Source: Candidatus Faecousia faecigallinarum (lineage in GTDB: Bacteria > Bacillota > Clostridia > Oscillospirales > Oscillospiraceae). Taken from it: DNA of 64,000 nt. A program made the translations under genes and the position numbers. The DNA lies in contig DVHJ01000003.1 of the NCBI GenBank assembly GCA_018712145.1, positions 20,637 through 84,636 of the forward strand, given 5' to 3'. Shown in pieces: positions 19,913 to 27,477 of this stretch. A model generated the notes under the pieces. The model did not search any database. It saw nothing but the letters and a program-made list of their open reading frames with translations, and was not told where the DNA came from. The stretch's first letter is position 1. Each line of letters opens with the position of its first letter.

Positions 19913-20971
19913 ATGGGAAACGGTGTTTTGGTGGCCATGAGCGGCGGGGTGGACAGCGCCGTTGCCGCATACCTGCTGCAGCAGGCGGGATACCACTGCG
20001 TTGGCGCCACCATGCGCCTCCACGACGGCGGCGGCCCCTGCGCCTGGCGAGAGGCGGAGGATGCCAAGGCCGTGGCAGATAAGCTGGGGATTGCCCACGT
20101 GGTGCTGGATTTCCGGGCGGAGTTTTCCCGCCAGGTGATGGACCGGTTTGCCGCCGCCTATGCCCAGGGCCAAACCCCAAACCCCTGCATCGACTGCAAC
20201 CGGCACATGAAGTTTGCCGCCCTGCACCGTCAGGCTCAGGCCATGGGATTGGACGGGGTGGCCACCGGCCACTATGCCCGGATTGTCCAGGGTCCCGACG
20301 GCCTGTGGCAGCTGCGGAAGGGCCCAGACCCCCAGAAGGATCAGAGCTATGTGCTCTACACCTTAACCCAGGCCCAGCTGGCCCACACGCTGATGCCCCT
20401 GGGGGCGCTGCATAAGGCCCAAGTGCGGGCCATTGCCCAGGCCCAGGGCTTTGCCAACGCCGTCAAGGGGGACAGCCAGGACATTTGCTTTGTCCCCGAC
20501 GGAGACTATGCCGGGTTCATCTGCCGCCGCACCGGGGTAGAATATCCCCCGGGAGACTTTGTGGACATGTCCGGCCGGGTACTGGGCCGGCACCGGGGAA
20601 TCATTCACTATACGGTAGGTCAGCGCCGGGGCCTGGGCATTGGCGGCGGCACGCCGCTGTATGTCCGCCAGATCCGGCCGCAAGACAATACCATCGTGCT
20701 GGCTACGGCAGATCAGGTTTACAGCACGGTGGCCATCGCCGGGGACTTTTCCTGGATTTCCGGCCAGCCGCCCCAGGCGCCGGTTTCCGTGCTGGCCCGG
20801 GCCAGATATCATCAGCCGGAGCAGCCGGCGGTGGCGGAGGTCCTTCCCGGCGGACAGGTACAGGTGACTTTCCACAAGCCCCAGCGGGCTTTGACCCCCG
20901 GGCAATCTATTGTGCTGTACCAAGCGGACCAGGTGGCCGGCGGCGGCGTAATTGTCCAGGCACGGGAATAA
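19913..20971 (+). CDS. mnmA: tRNA 2-thiouridine(34) synthase MnmA, CxxC type
   Basis: AMSGGVDS PP-loop, TPNPCIDCN, ATGHYA, KDQSY, SQDICF, YTVGQRRG, TPGQ. Confidence 0.95.
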   Translation: MGNGVLVAMSGGVDSAVAAYLLQQAGYHCVGATMRLHDGGGPCAWREAEDAKAVADKLGIAHVVLDFRAEFSRQVMDRFAAAYAQGQTPNPCIDCNRHMKFAALHRQAQAMGLDGVATGHYARIVQGPDGLWQLRKGPDPQKDQSYVLYTLTQAQLAHTLMPLGALHKAQVRAIAQAQGFANAVKGDSQDICFVPDGDYAGFICRRTGVEYPPGDFVDMSGRVLGRHRGIIHYTVGQRRGLGIGGGTPLYVRQIRPQDNTIVLATADQVYSTVAIAGDFSWISGQPPQAPVSVLARARYHQPEQPAVAEVLPGGQVQVTFHKPQRALTPGQSIVLYQADQVAGGGVIVQARE

Positions 20972-21031
20972 GCGGCGGAAAGCCGCCTTTTCCCTGGCCA
21001 GCCGCCGGAAGAAAAAAAGTAAAATTGGGGC

Positions 21032-21059
21032 TTGATTTTTCTGAAATGTCTGATATAAT
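21032..21059 (+). promoter_or_regulatory. tRNA promoter
   Basis: TTGATT-16-TGaTATAAT. Confidence 0.65.
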
Positions 21060-21073
21060 GGTGAACGTTCCAC

Positions 21074-21150
21074 GGAGGCTTAGCTCAGCTGGTTAGAGCG
21101 CTTGCTTCACACGCAAGAGGTCACTGGTTCGAGTCCAGTAGTCTCCACCA
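21074..21150 (+). tRNA. tRNA-Val (anticodon CAC), CCA encoded
   Basis: GGAGGCT acceptor, D-arm TAGCTCAGCTGGTTAGAGC, anticodon arm CTTGC-TTCACAC-GCAAG, T-loop GGTTCGAGTCC, 3' TCTCCACCA. Confidence 0.97.
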
Positions 21151-21154
21151 AGTT

Positions 21155-21189
21155 TTCCCCGGAAATCTAGGATTTCCGGGGAATTTTTT
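21155..21189 (+). terminator. Rho-independent terminator after tRNA-Val
   Basis: TTCCCCGGAAATC-TAG-GATTTCCGGGGAA followed by T6. Confidence 0.85.
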
Positions 21190-21305
21190 CGTTATTTTCA
21201 CTTTGGGCTCCTCTTTTTTGGGAAACTATGCAGGTTGCCGGCAACTTGCTTAACCACCAGATTCCGCAGGGGCAAAAACCGGTGTCCAAATTCTGCTCTG
21301 CCCCA

Positions 21306-21334
21306 TTGACAAACCAGGGGTTAAATGGTAAAAT
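21306..21334 (+). promoter_or_regulatory. Promoter of met transporter leader
   Basis: TTGACA-17-TAAAAT with TGn extension. Confidence 0.8.
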
Positions 21335-21364
21335 ACCCACAACCTACTGGAAGGAGAAAGCGCC

Positions 21365-21469
21365 ATGACGGGAACTGTGGTCATGAACATGCGGGAAATG
21401 TGCATGGATTCCATGTGCATGCTTTTTCATGCCCATTTTCCGATGCGCTTTCAGCAGGTAGCCCAGTAG
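21365..21469 (+). CDS. Putative Met-rich leader peptide (34 aa, MTGTVVMNMREMCMDSMCMLFHAHFPMRFQQVAQ)
   Basis: SD AAGGAG at 21351; 8 Met and 2 Cys codons; lies between promoter and terminator upstream of metQNI. Confidence 0.75.
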   Translation: MTGTVVMNMREMCMDSMCMLFHAHFPMRFQQVAQ

Positions 21470-21489
21470 GTCTGTGCGCCTGTGTATCC

Positions 21490-21523
21490 AGGGAAGCTTC
21501 CATCGGAAGCTTCCCTATTTTTT
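21490..21523 (+). terminator. Attenuator terminator upstream of metQNI
   Basis: AGGGAAGCTTCC-ATC-GGAAGCTTCCCT (12 bp) followed by ATTTTTT. Confidence 0.85.
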
Positions 21524-21542
21524 GCGGAAAGGAGCGGCAACC

Positions 21543-21653
21543 ATGCGGCCCATTATCTGGATTTTGGCCTCGTGCAACCTGAACAGCCGGCGAATGTGCC
21601 GCCTGGCAGAAGAAACACAACCAGCATCGTCTCTACATCACCATATATTTTGA
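21543..21653 (+). CDS. Putative small ORF (36 aa, MRPIIWILASCNLNSRRMCRLAEETQPASSLHHHIF)
   Basis: SD AAAGGAG at 21528; TGA stop overlaps the metQ SD (TGAAGGAG). Confidence 0.45.
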   Translation: MRPIIWILASCNLNSRRMCRLAEETQPASSLHHHIF

Positions 21654-21667
21654 AGGAGAATGAAACA

Positions 21668-22507
21668 ATGAAAAAGATTTTTGCGCTGATTTTGGCTTTG
21701 TTGACCTTATCCGCCCTGGCCGGATGTAGCCAATCCGGCCGCCTGACCATTGCCGTCCCCCACGACACCACCAACGAGGCCCGGGCCCTGCTGCTTCTGG
21801 AAGCCAACGGCATCATCACTTTGGCGGAAGACGCCGGTATCACTGCCACCGTTCAGGACATCCAGGACAACCCCCACAACATCACCTTCCAGGAAGTGGA
21901 AGCTGCCCAGCTGCCCAATATCCTGCCGGATGTGGACTATGCCGTGATCAACTCCAACTACGCCATTGACGCCGGCATCGACCCAATCACCGAGTCCCTG
22001 GTGATGGAAGGGGCTGCCTCCGCCTACGTCAACGCCCTGGTGGTGAAGGAGGGCAACGAAACCGAACCGAAGATTCTGGCCCTGAAGGCTGCCCTGGAGA
22101 GCCAGCAGGTGGCGGACTACATCGCTGAGCACTACGGCGGCGCCGTGGTGAGCGTGGTGGAAAATCCCACCGACGGGTATGACCCCACCCTGGATTACGA
22201 TGCACTGGCTGGGCAGACGGTAACCGTAGGCGCCTCCCCTGCTCCCCATGCGGAAATTCTCGCCGTGGCCCAGGAAATCCTGGCCGCCCGGGACATCACT
22301 CTGGAAATTGTGGAGTTCACCGACTATGTGCAGCCCAACAACGTGGTGGAAAGCGGAGAAATTGACGCCAACTACTTCCAGCATCTGCCCTACCTGGACA
22401 ACTTCAATCAGGAAAACGGCACCCACCTGGTGTCGGTGGCCAATATCCACGTAGAACCCCTGGGCCTGTACGGGGGCAAGCAGGACAGTCTGGAGCCGCT
22501 GCAGTAA
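21668..22507 (+). CDS. metQ: MetQ/NlpA-family methionine-binding lipoprotein, circularly permuted
   Basis: Lipobox LAGC; AVPHDTTNEARALLLL, AVINSNYA, YVNALVV, then TVGASPAPHAEIL, FTDYVQPN, DANYFQHLPYLD. Confidence 0.9.
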   Translation: MKKIFALILALLTLSALAGCSQSGRLTIAVPHDTTNEARALLLLEANGIITLAEDAGITATVQDIQDNPHNITFQEVEAAQLPNILPDVDYAVINSNYAIDAGIDPITESLVMEGAASAYVNALVVKEGNETEPKILALKAALESQQVADYIAEHYGGAVVSVVENPTDGYDPTLDYDALAGQTVTVGASPAPHAEILAVAQEILAARDITLEIVEFTDYVQPNNVVESGEIDANYFQHLPYLDNFNQENGTHLVSVANIHVEPLGLYGGKQDSLEPLQ

Positions 22508-22508
22508 G

Positions 22509-23516
22509 ATGATTGAACTGCGGAATTTAACCAAAACCTTTCCCGGCCCCAATGGCGGCGTACAGGCCCTGAAAGACGTATCCCTCACCATTGATGACGG
22601 GGATATCTATGGCATTATCGGCATGAGCGGGGCGGGGAAAAGTACGCTGGTGCGGTGCATCAATCTGCTGGAGCGGCCCACCCAGGGTACAGTGCTGCTG
22701 GACGGCCAGGATCTGAGCACCCTAAGCCAGAAGGATCTGCGCCAAACCCGGCGGAAAATTGCCATGATTTTTCAGGGCTTTCACCTGCTGCAACAGCGCA
22801 CCTGTTTAAAAAATGTGTGTTTCCCCCTGGAGCTGGCCGGGGTGAGCCGGGTGGCCGCCCGGCAGCGGGCCGGGGAACTGCTGGAATTGGTGGGCCTGCC
22901 GGACAAAGCCGGGGCCTATCCGTCCCAGCTCTCCGGCGGGCAGCAGCAGCGGGTGGCCATTGCCCGGGCCTTGGCCACCGACCCGAAGGTGCTGCTGTGC
23001 GACGAGGCCACCTCCGCCTTGGACCCCAACACCACCCACGCCATTCTGGGCCTGATCCGGCAGATCAACCGGCAAACCGGAATCACCGTGGTGGTAATCA
23101 CCCACCAGATGAGCGTGGTGGAAGAGATCTGCAACCGGGTGGCCATTCTGGACAACGGTGTGGTGGCGGAAACCGGAGAAGTCAGCCGCCTGTTTTCCCG
23201 CCCCAGCTCACCCGCCGCCCGGCGCCTGGTGTTCCCCCAGGGCGCGGACGAGGTGCTGGCCCCCTGCCCCGGCGAGGACCGGCTGCGGGTGGTATTCCAC
23301 GGGGCAAGGACAACCCGCACCCCGTTAATCGCCAAGATGGCCATGGAGCTGAACCTCCCGGCCAACATTCTCTCCGCCTCCACCCGCCCCATTGGCGAGA
23401 AGGTGTACGGCAGCCTCCTGCTGGGGGTACCCCAGGGCAGAGCCCGGGAAGCCATTGCTTACTTACAAAACGTGCCGGACGTGCTGGCAGAGGAGGTGAC
23501 CGGCCATGCTGAATGA
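22509..23516 (+). CDS. metN: Methionine ABC transporter ATP-binding protein
   Basis: GMSGAGKST, LSGGQQQR, LLCDEATSALDP, C-terminal NIL domain. Confidence 0.93.
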   Translation: MIELRNLTKTFPGPNGGVQALKDVSLTIDDGDIYGIIGMSGAGKSTLVRCINLLERPTQGTVLLDGQDLSTLSQKDLRQTRRKIAMIFQGFHLLQQRTCLKNVCFPLELAGVSRVAARQRAGELLELVGLPDKAGAYPSQLSGGQQQRVAIARALATDPKVLLCDEATSALDPNTTHAILGLIRQINRQTGITVVVITHQMSVVEEICNRVAILDNGVVAETGEVSRLFSRPSSPAARRLVFPQGADEVLAPCPGEDRLRVVFHGARTTRTPLIAKMAMELNLPANILSASTRPIGEKVYGSLLLGVPQGRAREAIAYLQNVPDVLAEEVTGHAE

Positions 23517-24204
23517 TCTGTTTTCCCCGGAAGAATTGGCGGAGGCCTGGGAGATTATCCGGACGGGATTTCCCTTGGCCCTGTGGCAAACCATCTACGT
23601 CACCGTGCTGGCAACGGCATTTTCCATCGTCTTGGGCCTGCCGCTGGGGGTGCTGCTGGTGGCAGGGGAGCCGGACGGTGTGCGCCCCCTGCCCCGGTGG
23701 CTGATGACAACGGTGAACTGGGTGATTAATGTGCTGCGCTCGGTGCCGTTTTTGATTCTCATGATTTTGCTCATTCCCCTGACCCGGGCCATTGTGGGCA
23801 CCTCGGTGGGTACGGTGGCATCCATCGTGCCCCTGGTGGCTGCGGCCTTCCCTTTTGTGGCCCGGTTGGCGGAGAGCAGCCTCCGGGAGGTAAATCCCAG
23901 CGTGGTGGAAGCGGCCCAGAGCATGGGGGCCTCGCCTTTGCAGATCATCTGTAAGGTGATGATTCCCGAGAGTATCCCCAGTCTTTTGTCCAACGCGACC
24001 ATTGCCGCCACCACTATCCTGGGCTACTCGGCCATGAGCGGCATCATCGGTGGCGGCGGCCTGGGAAAAATGGCCATCGACTACGGCTACTACCGGTATC
24101 GATACCTGGTAATGATCCTGGCGGTGCTGCTGCTGGTGGTGCTGGTACAGCTGATCCAAACCCTAGGCTCCCGGCTGGCCGCCAGAGCAGATAAGCGAAA
24201 TTGA
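23506..24204 (+). CDS. metI: Methionine ABC transporter permease
   Basis: NVLRSVPFLILM, PFVARL, EAAQSMGAS, GGGGLG. Confidence 0.93.
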   Translation: MLNDLFSPEELAEAWEIIRTGFPLALWQTIYVTVLATAFSIVLGLPLGVLLVAGEPDGVRPLPRWLMTTVNWVINVLRSVPFLILMILLIPLTRAIVGTSVGTVASIVPLVAAAFPFVARLAESSLREVNPSVVEAAQSMGASPLQIICKVMIPESIPSLLSNATIAATTILGYSAMSGIIGGGGLGKMAIDYGYYRYRYLVMILAVLLLVVLVQLIQTLGSRLAARADKRN

Positions 24205-24207
24205 CCA

Positions 24208-24239
24208 AAAACGCGGGACTGGATGCAGTCCCGCGTTTT
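24208..24239 (+). terminator. Terminator after metI (potentially bidirectional)
   Basis: AAAACGCGGGACTG-GATG-CAGTCCCGCGTTTT. Confidence 0.8.
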
Positions 24240-24305
24240 CATTGATTGCTCTGGGCTTGCTGTGCCGTTTCCCAGGGGCGCATAACTCTTGACACTACCA
24301 AAGGA

Positions 24306-24337
24306 AGCGCCTGCAAAATCTGGATTTTGCAGGCGCT
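24306..24337 (-). terminator. Terminator after mgtE
   Basis: AGCGCCTGCAAAATC-TG-GATTTTGCAGGCGCT. Confidence 0.7.
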
Positions 24338-24354
24338 CTGCCAGATATACCCCG

Positions 24355-25731
24355 TCAAACCCCCAGCAAAAGTTTGGCGATGCTGAAATACACCAGCAGG
24401 GACAACGCGTCCACAATGGTGGTGATAAACGGGCTGGCCATCACCGCCGGGTCAAAGCCCAACCGTTTGGCCACCAGGGGCAGGGCGCAGCCCACCGCCT
24501 TGGCCAGGAATACCGTCACCGCCAGGGTCAGGCAAACCACCAGGCTCACCATAATGGTAATGTCCGAATTGCCCATGAGCAAGCGGTCAATGAGCAAGAT
24601 CTTGACAAAACATACCGCCGCCAGCACCACGCCGCACAGCACCGAGGTGCGGATTTCCTTCCACATCACCCAAGGCAGATCCCGGAACTCCAGTTCCCCC
24701 AGGGACAGGGCCCGGATGATGGTAACCGAGGACTGAGAGCCGGAGTTTCCGCCGGTGTCCATGAGCATGGGAATGAAGGCGGTGAGGGCCACCTGGGCGG
24801 CCAGGGCATGTTCAAAATTGGTGATGATTAATCCGGTAAACGTGGCCGACACCATCAGCAACAGCAGCCAGGGAATCCGCTGCCGGAATAGGTCGAACAC
24901 CGTAGCCCGGGTGTAAGACTTCTCCGAGGGGGACATACCACCCATCAGCTCAATGTCCTCGGTGGCCTCCTCTTCCATGACGTCCATGGCATCGTCAAAG
25001 GTGACAATGCCCACCATGCGGTTTTCGTTGTCCACCACGGGAATGGCCAGGAAGTTATACTTGGCAAACATCCGGGCCACCTCCTCCTGGTCGGTGTGGG
25101 TAGTGGCAGAGATAATGTGGGTCTGCATGATTTCCCGAATGGGGGTATCATCATCCTCCGCCAGCAGCAAATCCTTTACCGTCACCAGACCCAGCAGGGT
25201 GCGGTTATCGGTGACGTAGCAAGTATAAATGGTCTCCTTATCCACGCCGGTGCGGCGGATGCGCAGGATACTCTCCCCCACAGTCATATTGGGCCGGAGG
25301 GTAACATATTCCGTGGTCATGATGGAACCGGCGGAATTCTCCGGATAGCGGAGCAGCTCATTGATGGACTGCCGGGTCTCCGGGTCGGCCTGGGCCAGGA
25401 TCCGCCGCACCACATTGGCGGGCATCTCCTCCACCAGATCCACTGCATCGTCCAGGTACAGCTCGTCCACCACTTCTTTGAGCTCACTGTCGGAAAAGCC
25501 CTGGATCAGCATCTGTTGCGCTTCCGGTTCCATTTCCACAAAGGTCTCCGCCGCCAGCTCTTTGGGCAGCAGGCGGAACAACAGCGGTACCCGGTCCTGC
25601 TCCAAGGCGTCGAACAGCCCAGCAATGTCGCTGGGATTCATGGTCACCAAAATGTCCCGCAGTGACGGGTACTTCTTCTCACTCAAGAGCGTGGTGACCA
25701 TCTTCTCCAGAATGACGGTTTGTTTATCCAT
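24355..25731 (-). CDS. mgtE: Magnesium transporter MgtE
   Basis: N-domain, tandem CBS (SAGSIMTTEY, LAIPVVD), RIPWL, GGNSGSQS, DPAVMASPFITTIVD. Confidence 0.95.
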   Translation of the reverse strand: MDKQTVILEKMVTTLLSEKKYPSLRDILVTMNPSDIAGLFDALEQDRVPLLFRLLPKELAAETFVEMEPEAQQMLIQGFSDSELKEVVDELYLDDAVDLVEEMPANVVRRILAQADPETRQSINELLRYPENSAGSIMTTEYVTLRPNMTVGESILRIRRTGVDKETIYTCYVTDNRTLLGLVTVKDLLLAEDDDTPIREIMQTHIISATTHTDQEEVARMFAKYNFLAIPVVDNENRMVGIVTFDDAMDVMEEEATEDIELMGGMSPSEKSYTRATVFDLFRQRIPWLLLLMVSATFTGLIITNFEHALAAQVALTAFIPMLMDTGGNSGSQSSVTIIRALSLGELEFRDLPWVMWKEIRTSVLCGVVLAAVCFVKILLIDRLLMGNSDITIMVSLVVCLTLAVTVFLAKAVGCALPLVAKRLGFDPAVMASPFITTIVDALSLLVYFSIAKLLLGV

Positions 25732-25800
25732 TGGTGTTTCCTCCTAACATAGTATTTACCCAGTTTAGGAAGTAAAAACACACAACATTGGCCGGTTTTG

Positions 25801-25878
25801 CTACAGACGGATCCGCCACAGACGGCAGACCGCCAAACTACTTCGGCCAACCGGTGTGCCGTTACTGCCTGCGTCCAT
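25801..25878 (-). CDS. Putative mgtE leader peptide (25 aa, MDAGSNGTPVGRSSLAVCRLWRIRL)
   Basis: Strong SD GAAGGAGG 7 nt upstream of ATG, inside the 5' leader defined by the promoter at 25928-25957. Confidence 0.6.
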   Translation of the reverse strand: MDAGSNGTPVGRSSLAVCRLWRIRL

Positions 25879-25927
25879 GGTGTTCCCTCCTTCAAGCGTC
25901 AATTTGGGCAGCAATTTGCCGCTAAGT

Positions 25928-25957
25928 ATTATACGCCCCTTCCCCGGCTGGTGTCAA
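25928..25957 (-). promoter_or_regulatory. mgtE promoter
   Basis: TTGACA-18-TATAAT on minus strand. Confidence 0.75.
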
Positions 25958-26069
25958 TCCATTTTTTGTGAAAAGCTGGTGAAAAGCAACGCCTGCAACG
26001 GCTATCCCTTTGCTGCACATTTCACAGGAAATGCCCGGGATTTTTTTTCAGATTCGGAACACTTTCCAT

Positions 26070-26098
26070 TTGACGCACCGTCCGACTTGTGGTAAACT
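26070..26098 (+). promoter_or_regulatory. pur operon promoter
   Basis: TTGACG-17-TAAACT with TGn extension. Confidence 0.65.
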
Positions 26099-26113
26099 GA
26101 CGGTGGGAATAGA

Positions 26114-26220
26114 GCGGCTTGTGACTGACGGCATTTGTGGAGCACCACAGGGAAACAAGGCGCTTTGTGTTTTTTGCCGGCCGTCTGGGCGCACTTACCC
26201 CAGCGGTAAGTGCGCTGTTT
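26114..26220 (+). ncRNA. ZMP/ZTP (pfl) riboswitch with terminator
   Basis: P1 GCGGCTTGT/ACAAGGCGC, conserved GTGACTGACGG, P2 TGTGG/CCACA, P3 GCCGGCCGTCTGGGC with pseudoknot GACGG(26127-31):CCGTC(26181-85); overlapping terminator GCGCACTTACC/GGTAAGTGCGC plus TGTTTT; upstream of pur genes. Confidence 0.85.
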
Positions 26221-26245
26221 TGCATGTTATGCAAGGAGGTTTTTC

Positions 26246-26740
26246 ATGAAGAAAGTTGGCGTTCTGATGGGCAGCGACAGCGACCTGCCTGTGGTGCGCA
26301 AAGCGCTGGATACCTTGGCATCCTTTGGCGTACCCTATGAAGTTCACGTGTATTCCGCACACCGGACTCCCGCTCAGGCTCAGGCATTTTGTACCTGCGC
26401 TCAGGACAGGGGGTTCGGTGTACTCATTTGCGCCGCCGGCATGGCCGCCCACCTGGCCGGCGCCGCTGCGGCCAACACCACCCTGCCGGTGATCGGCATC
26501 CCCATGGCCTCCGGCGGCTTAGGGGGGCTGGACGCTTTGCTGTCCACGGTGCAAATGCCCTCCGGCATTCCGGTAGCTACCGTGGCCGTGAATGGAGCGG
26601 CCAACGCCGCCATCCTGGCGGTGGAAATTCTGGCGGTGTCCGATCCGGAACTGGCCGCCCGGCTGAAGGAAAAACGGGAAAAAGACGCCGCCGCTGTCCT
26701 GGCCAAAAGCGCCGGGGTGGAGCAGGAATTCAACCGGTAA
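26246..26740 (+). CDS. purE: N5-CAIR mutase PurE
   Basis: [37 protein letters not shown]. Confidence 0.96.
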   Translation: MKKVGVLMGSDSDLPVVRKALDTLASFGVPYEVHVYSAHRTPAQAQAFCTCAQDRGFGVLICAAGMAAHLAGAAAANTTLPVIGIPMASGGLGGLDALLSTVQMPSGIPVATVAVNGAANAAILAVEILAVSDPELAARLKEKREKDAAAVLAKSAGVEQEFNR

Positions 26741-26766
26741 CCGTAAAATTTGGAGGTACAATAGAA

Positions 26767-27477
26767 ATGAAAATTCTCAACCAGCTCTATGAGGGCAAAG
26801 CCAAGCAGGTCTTTGCCACGGAAGACCCCGCCATTGTCATGGTCCACTACAAAGACGACGCCACCGCCGGTGACGGCGCAAAAAAAGGCACCATCCGGGA
26901 CAAGGGCGTGGTAAACAACCGGCTGTCCAATGCCCTGATGCAGAAGCTGGAAAAAGCCGGCATTCCCACCCATTACGTCCAGGAGTTAAACGACCGGGAT
27001 ACCCTGGTCAAGCGGGTGGAGATTGTTCCCCTGGAGGTCATTATCCGCAACGTTGCCGCCGGCTCTTTCTCCAAGCGGTTCGGCGTGGCGGAGGGCACCG
27101 CCCTTGCCATCCCCACCATCGAGTTCAGCTATAAAAACGACGATCTCCATGATCCCATGATTAACCGTTACCATGCCCTGGCCCTGAACCTGGCCACCGC
27201 CCAAGAGCTGGACCAGATTACCGATATGGCCTTCCGGATCAACGACATCCTGCGGCAGATTTTGCTAGCGGCCAATATCCGCCTCATCGATTTTAAACTG
27301 GAGTTTGGCCGCCTGCCCGACGGCACCATCATTCTGGCCGATGAGATCTCCCCGGATACCTGCCGGTTCTGGGACGCCACCACCGGCGCGCACCTGGATA
27401 AGGATCTGTTCCGCCGGGACCTGGGGGGCGAGGCGGACGCCTACCAGGAAGTGATGCGCCGCCTGGTGACCGAATAA
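26767..27477 (+). CDS. purC: SAICAR synthetase
   Basis: [41 protein letters not shown]. Confidence 0.96.
   Translation: MKILNQLYEGKAKQVFATEDPAIVMVHYKDDATAGDGAKKGTIRDKGVVNNRLSNALMQKLEKAGIPTHYVQELNDRDTLVKRVEIVPLEVIIRNVAAGSFSKRFGVAEGTALAIPTIEFSYKNDDLHDPMINRYHALALNLATAQELDQITDMAFRINDILRQILLAANIRLIDFKLEFGRLPDGTIILADEISPDTCRFWDATTGAHLDKDLFRRDLGGEADAYQEVMRRLVTE

Noticed and set aside
21151-21300. Integrated element at the tRNA-Val 3' end
   Set aside because: No integrase, no duplicated tRNA 3' end and no compositional shift; the terminator follows directly.
21335-21523. S-box (SAM-I) riboswitch or Met T-box upstream of metQNI
   Set aside because: No ATCxAGAG/GAGGGA SAM-I core and no T-box AAGGTGGxACC antiterminator motif visible; the leader is explained better by a uORF attenuator. 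An Rfam scan is still needed.
25732-25930. M-box (ykoK) riboswitch upstream of mgtE
   Set aside because: I do not recognise M-box conserved segments, and there is no terminator with a U-tract; a uORF occupies the leader.
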